Shown: in pieces, positions 55,701 through 64,000 of the stretch
How the letters are laid out: every line of letters starts with the position of its first letter
Numbering within the stretch: the first letter of the stretch is position 1
Origin: Octopus vulgaris
Lineage: Eukaryota
Assembly: GCA_951406725.2 (NCBI GenBank)
Contig: OX597818.1
Span: 23,932,001-23,996,000 of the forward strand
DNA: 64,000 nucleotides
Direction of reading: 5' to 3'
The notes under the pieces: generated by a model
What the model was told of the DNA's origin: nothing
The model's database searches: none
Seen by the model: only the letters and a program-made list of their open reading frames with translations
Program-made: the position numbers and the translations under genes

Positions 55701-58700
55701 ACACAGACACACTTGTTAATAATAAAAACTTTATACAATTTAGTGTGTATGTATGTGTGTGCCAAGAGAAAGAAATAGTATACAAGTTTCTGTGATGCAA
55801 TTAGCTTTAAAAATTTACATTATATACAACTGATATAATATTAAGGGAGAGTTTACGAAAAAAACAAAAGACAAAGACAGGTGGTGTACAAAACAAACAG
55901 ATGTATTAGTATAACATACATATAATATTAAAATGGAAACACCTTTCTTTAAACATAATTGACATTTTTTCTGATAAAATTATGTAAAGAGAACTAACCC
56001 CATGTATACAGTTGCCATTGCATTATCTTCTTCCAACTCCAACACTTTTTCAAAGTGATGTCTAGCTTTTTCTGGTTTGTTTTGCCCCAAAAGTGTCTGC
56101 AAAGAAGAGTTTTAAATGTTTCATAAGGGATTATGAAATCCCCAAATTTGTTACAGCATTTTCAAGTTATGATGGAAGAATTACTGGAATGATTAATGAG
56201 CTACATTTCATCCAAGAAATATTTAAGGTTTTCCCTAAATTTTCATTATTTAGCGAAATCAAAATAATATGCAGGAGTATATTAAATCATATTCATTATA
56301 AAGCATGAACTTATATAACTAAGAATCACTTTCTATAAACATCAAGTTATAGAATTCTGAAGTAATTTATGTATAATTTATTCATTTACATACAATCTTA
56401 CATTATATTGTCAAGTAAACAAAACCAACTCAGATTTAGTTCCAGACCTTAAAGTTTAACAAATAAACTAAACATCAAAAATATGGATTAGAAAAATATA
56501 AGTTGGATAATTTAATTAGTGTCTTCAGAAAAACAAATATGCCAAACAAAGAACTGGTTTATTAAGTCTGAAAGCTAATTACCTGTCCAAATTTGATCCT
56601 AGCTTCAATACAGTTTGGGAATTTTTCCACAACTCTTTCAAATTGGGATGCCACTTTCTCCAAACCATCAGCTGAGCTATTTATTAAGGCAGCTCGATGT
56701 TCTAGAAACAAATCAATAAATCAAAACTCATTTTGTCATAAAATATGTAACAAATGAAAAATGACAAATACTGAACTTTTAATATTAATAGCTATTTATC
56801 ACCAGCACAAGAACAGAACAACAGTTTTGACGACTAAGAATATTAAGAGAGTTGCAACCCAACTATACATACTTTTTGCGAAAGAAATATATATCAATAA
56901 AGACTGAATGTATGGATTTGCAATCTAAATAAAAAATGTTGGCAGAGAGAAAAAGGCTTGTCTAATAAATAACTGTTTATATTTTGATTTGATTAAATTC
57001 TTGATTAAAGATGTTAGTTAACAGAATTAACTAATATAAGGAGCTATAATGTTGGCATACATAAAATAATGGTGAACATGTTTAGCAGATTTGCATTCAC
57101 CCATCTTGTTTTAAAAGAGAAATATTTTAAAGTTTGAATTTCTGTGTGACCCTTAAATTAACATATTTCTGTTGAAATACAGTGCTTTTGTTTCAATTCA
57201 TTTTGAAAACAATGAAGAACCTAGTAAAATAATTTTGTCATTATCAAGCTGGTGTTTGGAATATAAATTAACATGAAATTTGGAGGGAAGGTTTTAATTT
57301 AGATCACTGTAAAACAGAAAGTTCATATCATAGAAACAAGGGTGGTCTCAAGCAGGTTACTATCAAAAGGGCTAAACCATATCTGCTTCTAATCTATTCT
57401 GCATGCACATATATATACACACACCACCACTACCACCGCCAAAACTTCTAAACTATTGTTTCCTTTATTGACGATACTGTACAAGAATTGTGACACATGT
57501 AACATTTATTTTGCATAAAGATGTTATAAAATAAAAGCCTTTTAAATACCTCCAAGACACTTATAAACATGGGCATGAGGGAAGTTTGGATCCAGTTCTA
57601 TACATTTTTCATAATCCCGAACACTATCTTCACAGCGATCTTGTAACATCAGGAGCTAAGAACAAAATGAATATATAGTTGCTAAATAAACTTAAATCTT
57701 TGTAAATTCAAGAGAACATCTTAAGCATGATAGAGTCATGGGGCAACAAAGATCCTACAGTTACCAATTTCCACACACAATTGACAAAAAAAAACAAACA
57801 GTTTTAGAAGTTGACATCATAAAAGGATTTTGTTTACTAAAGGGAAGGCAATTAGCAAATCTTCAATTAACTTCCATGATATCTTGTACATAATTATATA
57901 AAAAAATTCCCATTCCAGTAAGTAACAAACTCACTAATAACAATTAAATCATTTCAAGGTCAATCAAATTAATAGAATAAATACTTATTAGCAGTAGTGA
58001 ATAATTTTGTTTAAATCAGTAAAAAAATATAAAAAAGAAAAAGACAACTCCAGTTTCACATTTTAGCATGTGACTTGAATCAAGATCATATCAAACATAA
58101 AAATAGACACACATTGTTATATCCACTTCTGTTGTATTTGGGTAGTGTTATACTTTATTACAAAATAATGTAAGGCATAGGCAAGGATATGTAGTTAAGT
58201 TTGCTTCTCAACCACATAGTTCTGCATTTAGTTCCACTGTGTGGCACCCTGGGGCAAGCATCCTCAACTATAGCCCTGAACCAACCAAAGCCTTGCGAGT
58301 GGATTTGGTAGATGGAAACTGAAGGAAGCTTATTTATTTGTGTGAGTCTGTCTCCTTGTCTTGACATAGCATGATAGCTATAAATGAATGCCCTTCATTT
58401 ACAATTTTCTGTGAAAACATGTCTGGCCATGGGGGAAATATTAGCTTGCTTCGAAACAGGTAAGAGTGACAGGAAGGGCATCTCACTGTAGAAAATCTGC
58501 TTCTATAAATTATTTTACTTGTTCCAGTCATTTGATTGCAGTTATGCTGGAGCATCACCTTTAGCTGAGCAAATCAACCCTAGGACTTAGTCTTTATAAA
58601 CCTAGTACTTATTCTACCGGACTCTTTTACCGAGCCACTAAGTTACAGGGACATAAACATATACAAACACACACACATCATCATCATCATCGTTTAACGT

Positions 58701-61700
58701 CCGTTTTCCGCGCTAGCACGGGTTGGACGGTTCGACCGGGGTCTGGGGAGCCAGGGGCTGCCCCAGGCTCCAGTCTGGTCTGGCAGTGTTTCTACAGCTG
58801 GATGGCCTTCCTAACGCCAACCACTCCGCGAGTGTAGTGGGTGCTTTTTACGTGCCACCTGCACAGGTGCCAGAGGGGTCTGGCATCGGCCACGATCAGT
58901 TGGTGCTTTTTTTTTTTTGTGTTACCGGCACAGAAGCCAGTCAAGGCGGTGCTGGCATCGGTCACATTCAGATGGTGATTTTTATGTGCCACCGGCACAG
59001 AAGCCAGTCGGGGCGGTGCTGGCATCGGCCACGTTCGGATGTTGCTTTTTATGTGCCACCGGCACAGAACCCATTCGAGGCGGGGTTGGCATCGGTCACG
59101 TTCGGATGGTGCTTTTTATGTACCACCGGCACAGAAGCCAGTGGAGGCTGCACTGGCGACGGCCACGTTCGGATGGTGCTTTTTATGTGTCACCGGCACA
59201 GGTATCACAACTACTACTGTTTCCATTGATATTTGGTTCGATGTTCATGTACATGCACTTGACTCAACAGGTCTCCTCAAGCACAGCGAGATGTTCAACG
59301 ATCGGTTGGTGCTTTTTATGTGCCACTGGCACAGAAGCCAGTCAGCGCGGTGCTCGCATCGGCCACGTACGGATGTTGCCTTTATGGCACAGAAGCCAGT
59401 GGAGGCTGCACTGGCAACGGCCTCGATCGGACGGTGCTTTATATGTGTCACCGGCACAGGTATCACAACTACTGTTTCCATTGATATTTGGTTCGATATT
59501 CATGTGCCACCGGCACAGAAGCCATTCGAGGCGGGGTAGGCATCAGTCACGTTTGGATGGTGCTTTTTATGTGCCACCGGCACAGAAGCCAGTGGAGGCT
59601 GCACTGGCAACGGCCACGTTCGGATGGTGCTTTTTATGTGTCACCGGCACAGGTATCACAACTACTGTTTCCATTGATATTTGGTTCGATGTTCATGTGC
59701 CACCGGCACAGAAGCCATTCGAAGCGGGGTTGGCATCGGTCACGTTCGGATGGAGCTTTTTATGTGCCACCGGCACAGAAGCCAGTGGAAGCTGCACTGG
59801 CGACGGCCACGATCAGATGGTGCTTTCTATGTGTCACCGGCACAGGTATCACAACTACTGTTTCCATTGATATTTGGTTCGATGTTCATGTATATGCACT
59901 AGACTCGACAGGTCTCCTCAAGCACAGCGAGATGTTCCAGGATCCAAGGTACTTTGGATGTGCAGGGGGTATGCGGAACTGGTGCCGGGAGCATCCCGGG
60001 TCTTAGTAGTCACAGCACATCTCCAGAGGTCTCGGTCCTTCGCCATTGCCTCAGTGAGGCCCAACGCTCTGAGGTCATGCTTGACTACCTCATCCCATGT
60101 CTTCCTGGGTCTACCTCTCCCCCTGATTCCTTCAACTGTTCGGGAGTGGCACTTCTTCACACATCTCTCCTCATCCATCCGCAGTACATGACCATACCAT
60201 CGCAAGCGTCGCTCTTGCACACCGCATCTGATGCTTCTTATGCCTAGCATTTCTCTCAGGGTGCTTACACTCTGTCGTGCATTCACACTGACATTACACA
60301 TCCAGCGGATCATGCTAGCTTCATTTCTTTCAAGTCTACGCATGTCCTCTGCAGTCACGGCCCATGTTTCACTGCCGTGAAGCATGGCAGTTCACACACA
60401 TGCATCATACAATCTACCTTTCACTCTGAGTGAGAGACCCTTTGTCGCCAGTAGGGGTAGGAGCTTTCTAAACTTTGCCCAGGCTATTCGTATTCTAGTG
60501 GTGACACTCTCTGAGCATCCACCCCCACTACTAACTTGGTCACCCAGGTAGCGGAAACTATCAACTACTTCTAGTTTATCCCCCTGGAGTGTGATGGAAT
60601 CTGTTTTTTGAGTGTCTGTGGTGTCTATTGTCCCTGTGCATCTGCCGCACATGAAAGCTATCTTATCAGTTAATTTCCCTTTGATGTTGCTGCACCTCCT
60701 ATGCGTCCATAGCTTACACTGGGTGCATCTTATGGAGTTTCTACCTACACCTTTCCTACAGCTTGAGCAGGGCCACCTGCCCGATGGGGGGTGTACTGAG
60801 TTCGCCTTTCTGCATACTATAACTTTGGTCTTCGCTATATTTACTCTAAGGCCCTTATACACACATATAGGATGGGCTTCTTTCAGTTTCCGTCTACTAA
60901 ATCCACTCACAAGGCTTTGGTAGAAGACACTGAATCCAGAAACCATGTGGTAGGTAAGCAACCTACTTGCCACACAGCCATTCCTGTTATCAAGTCTATT
61001 TCAAATTATGTATTTTTGAAAAACAGATGTGAATGTTCTCAAAGACTTGATAACAGAAACAATGCATTTGCGGCATATTAGGAGCTCAACTAAGATGATA
61101 ACAGCAAAAAGTTGAAAAAAAAATTTCTGGTGAAATCAGGGCTGGAGGATTCCTGAGGGTGCACCCCACCTCTCCATTTTCCACAAAAAAAATGCATTTG
61201 CAGGATATTAAGAGGTCATCTAAGATGATAACATAAAAAAAAAAAAAATAAAAAAAAAATACCGAAAAACTTTTCCAAGTGAAATCAGGGTCAGAAAGGG
61301 GAATTTCCACAGTTCCATCCCACCCCACACATTATTCAACAAAAATAATGCTGGAGGTGGGGTCAGAAAAGGGAATTTCCAAGGTCGCCCCCACCTCTGT
61401 TTTCCATGGGGAAAAATGCATTTCCAACAGCTTACGAGGTCAACTAAAATGATTGCACTAAAAAAAAAAAAAAAGTGGGAAAACAATTATTTACTACTGA
61501 AATTGAGCTGGATGTGGAACTATAAATTTACCTAAACTTCTCAGCATATAGTTGTTATTTTGAAATGCTTGTCTTCTGATATTTGTGAGTCTATCAAATA
61601 AATATTCAACCCTATTAAATGTTGGCCTTCCTAAACATGAAATAATACGATAGTTCCAGCCCTAAATGAATTCAACTTGTACTTTTAAAGACGTTCTTTA

Positions 61701-63177
61701 CGGTAACGTAAAATATTGAACTTCAGATAGAATAAAGTAAAACATAGCTATGAATAAAAAGTATGTAGGTTATAAATTTTGATTGAAGAGATGGAGCCTC
61801 GAAATAAAAAGTTGCAGGGGGCCTCTAAAAGTCATGCGACGGCCCTGGTTCCACTGCGAGCCACCTTGGAGAAATCTTCTATGACAACCTTAGGCAGAGC
61901 AAAAACTTCTCAACGGATTTTGTAAATAGAAAACCGTAAGAAGCCTGCCATATGTATGTGTGTGTGTTCATGTCCTCTCATTTTCACATTGCATGACAGT
62001 TATAAAGAAGCATCAGCATCTTTCATTTCCAATCTTCTATGTCAACAGGCGAGGGCTGGTGATAGGATCTACTCATCCAATCCATGCAAATATGGAAGAG
62101 AGGATATTAAAATGACAATGACGCTAATTTCTAAATTAAATGAGCACACATGCAAAACAAAAAACTATAAATCTTTCACTCTGTATCAACAATCTCATCA
62201 AAGACATATAATTAGAGTTTTCAATGCCTGTGTGTAACAGATGTGCAGGTACAATAAACACTGACTTTCTCAAATGTCCAGAAAGATCCTTGGGTGATAG
62301 CTTCCATTACCTAGGCAACTAAGTTAGCAGTGGAGAAGGATGCTCTAAGAGCTCAGAGAGCTGCTACTTTTGTTAGTAACAAAGTGCTTCTCCTACAGAG
62401 TGAAAAATAGATTGTATGATGCCTGCCATGCTATATGGCAGTCAAACATGGTTGATGACTTCAGAAGACATGTGAAGGTTTGAAAAAAATGAAGCCGGTA
62501 CGCTTTGCTGGATGTGCAATGTCAGTATGCAAGTATGATAGAGTGTAAGCACTTTATTTCATATTTTTATGCATCAGGCCATAATTATTGTTCAAATGGT
62601 ATGAGTGCAAAGACTCACAGAGACAAACACACTTGATGGGTTTCTGTAACATCTCCAGCTATCAAATTTCACAGGGCATTGTTCAACCCAAGACCACAGT
62701 AGAAGACACTTGCTTAAAGTGCTATGCAGTGGGATGGATGCCAAAAACCACACAACTGATAAGTGATCTTCTTAACACACAGCCTGCCTGCAGTAAAAAT
62801 GATTTCAAAGTATTGCTGTAATATAATCACATCATTATATTGCAAAACATACTTCTCAAAATGAAAGATCATTTAAAGCAAATTAATGAAATAGATTGTT
62901 TTGCTTGATCAAGGGTGGGAGGGCTAAGGAGATGTCTATTTGCAACTTCATAGCCACCTAAAAAAACAATTAATGAAAGCATAGTACATGCTACTAAGAT
63001 ATATTTGCTTGTGAGTAATGGTTAAGTTGGGAGATAACTTACTTGACCTCGATGGAAATATATATCAACATTTTCTGGGTCAATGTTAATGGCTTCACTA
63101 TACATTTCCATAGCTTCTATAGCCATGCTTTGTTGACTGTAGCAACTAGCTTTCTTGATTAAAGCACTGACTTTCAC
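52559..63177 (-). CDS. TOMM70: Mitochondrial import receptor Tom70-like TPR protein, 3' part (5' exons lie beyond the window); complement join(63043..63177,57550..57655,56583..56701,55999..56096,54551..54673,52559..52739)
   Basis: ALIKKAS...AINIDPENVDIYFHRGQ, CIELDP, FERVVEKFPNCIEA, LELEEDNAMATVYMG, KAISMDEKYEYPYELFGSIEVHRGNIESAVTNFHKAISLSRSDHEITHLYTLLDA align by eye with the Tom70 C-terminal TPRs. Splice phases are consistent. Confidence 0.88.
52950..53830 (-). mobile_element. Probable old Penelope-like RT remnant in the last TOMM70 intron
   Basis: ORF 53269-53856 has GLLAISYM, GYVDNILI (YVDD-like) and RDRCSE...FFKSLAHKGYLP, which resemble degraded PLE RT and thumb motifs. Confidence 0.45.
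54551..54673 (-). CDS. TOMM70: TOMM70-like exon
   Basis: VLLLSEEPDFDKIRSYIEKAISMDEKYEYPYELFGSIEVH; 123 nt. Confidence 0.88.
55999..56096 (-). CDS. TOMM70: TOMM70-like exon
   Basis: TLLGQNKPEKARHHFEKVLELEEDNAMATVYM; 98 nt. Confidence 0.85.
56583..56701 (-). CDS. TOMM70: TOMM70-like exon
   Basis: HRAALINSSADGLEKVASQFERVVEKFPNCIEARIKFGQ; 119 nt. Confidence 0.85.
57550..57655 (-). CDS. TOMM70: TOMM70-like exon
   Basis: LLMLQDRCEDSVRDYEKCIELDPNFPHAHVYKCLG; 106 nt. Confidence 0.85.
58676..60853 (-). mobile_element. 5'-truncated, relatively young RTE LINE with 3'UTR minisatellite and (GAT)n tail, nested in a SINE
   Basis: GLRVNIAKTKVI...FRYLGD...RIRIAWAKF...LYDACV*TAMLHGSETW...RLRWYGHV...GRGRPRKTW, with a single in-frame TGA at 60392-60394. 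Halves of one SINE flank it at about 58515-58665 and 60860-60982. Confidence 0.92.
58840..59890. repeat. Higher-order tandem array of about 60-bp units in the RTE 3'UTR
   Basis: Recurrent atgtgccaccggcacagaagcca...cacgttcggatggtgctttt; three unit types alternate in blocks of about 190 bp. Confidence 0.9.
63043..63177 (-). CDS. TOMM70: TOMM70-like exon
   Basis: VKVSALIKKASCYSQQSMAIEAMEMYSEAINIDPENVDIYFHRGQ; 135 nt. Confidence 0.88.
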
Positions 63178-63229
63178 CTAAAACATAAAGAAAAGAAAAT
63201 AATAATAGGAAGCAACAGAATTAGTTAAT

Positions 63230-64000
63230 ACAGTTCTATATTTAAGAGATGAGGAATTATGTACATTATATACAATTGCCTCATCTTGTTTGTTAACACG
63301 TTTCGGCTGATATACCCTCCAGCCTTCATCAGATGTCTTGGGGAAATTTCGAACCTGGGTTCTCATTCCTACGGTATTTTTTGATGTTGTTATTCTTATT
63401 ATTCAGGTCACTACCTGGAATCAAACTTGGAATCTTGGGGTTAGTAGCCCGTGCTCTTAACCACTACGCCATACCCCGTAGGCATTTATGGAGTGAATTT
63501 TAGGGCTTATAAATCTAATATTTTCCTATCCTTCCTTAATACCAGTTTCCATATGCTACTCATATCTGCACTTGGTCTGCTTAGGAGGTTGTTGTGTCCA
63601 AGCATATGTGCTGCATCTTTTAGTTTTCATATTTTCCAGTGGTGTTCTCTGTCTATTATTTTAACTTCATCCCACAGGGGAAGGTGGTCTCCATTTTTCC
63701 ATACATGATCAGCTATACCCGATTTATCAATATCTCCCTATGTCACAGCTTTGCAATGTTCCTCTACCCTTATTTTGAGGGGGCAGCATGTTTCGCCTTT
63801 GTATAACCTACAACAGCTGCATGGGATGGAGTACACACAGTTCTTAGTCATATTCTCTTGTATTGGTGGTTTTACTTGAAGGAGACATTTGCGAAGTGTT
63901 GTATTACTTTTGAATACTGTCTTGATGTCATATGGGTTGCATATCTTTTGTATCTTTTTGGAGAGGCCTTTCGCATAGGGTAGACAGACTGTGAACAGTT
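63230..64000 (-). mobile_element. Penelope-like element 3' part (GIY-YIG endonuclease remnant plus terminal repeat)
   Basis: Minus translation LPYAKGLSKKIQKI...KNCVYSIPCSCCRLYKGET...RVEEH...SGIADHVW...WDEVKIIDRE, with a frameshift and stops. Confidence 0.85.
63295..63337 (-). ncRNA. Minimal hammerhead ribozyme-like core in a Penelope terminus (possibly defective)
   Basis: Minus strand gacat-CTGATGA-a-ggctg-gagggtatat-cagcc-GAAAC-gtgtt: both core boxes, a 5-bp stem II and a possible stem I. Confidence 0.55.

Noticed and set aside
58723-60006. Overlapping long ORFs (up to 317 aa) with repeated Cys/His motifs
   Set aside because: They are translations of a tandem array open in several frames, antisense to an RTE 3'UTR.
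60392-60394. In-frame TGA as selenocysteine or programmed readthrough
   Set aside because: Most simply a CpG transition (CGA>TGA) in a dead, 5'-truncated retrotransposon copy.

Overview
AT-rich, intron-rich eukaryotic DNA. The SINE and RTE repeat families look cephalopod (most likely Octopus); this is an inference from recognised repeat sequences. Four spliced genes could be rebuilt by hand: RPS25 (+, 4 coding exons, TCT/5'TOP start); an MTHFD1-type methylene-THF dehydrogenase/cyclohydrolase (-, 9 exons); MRPL40 (+, 5 exons, exon 1 tentative and head-to-head with the MTHFD gene); and the last six exons of a TOMM70-like gene (-). The MTHFD gene stops right after the DH/CH domain, has no formyl-THF synthetase half, and carries an in-frame presequence-like N-terminal extension. 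RPS25 intron 3 holds a SNORD61-like C/D snoRNA. Much of the remaining sequence is decayed transposons (Gypsy, Tc1, piggyBac, L1/Tx1, R4/Dong, RTE, Penelope), SINEs, MITEs, foldback repeats and tandem repeats. A tRNA-like head followed by a hammerhead-like core lies at a Penelope terminus. Most ORFs in the supplied track are spurious. No CRISPR arrays or prokaryotic systems were found.
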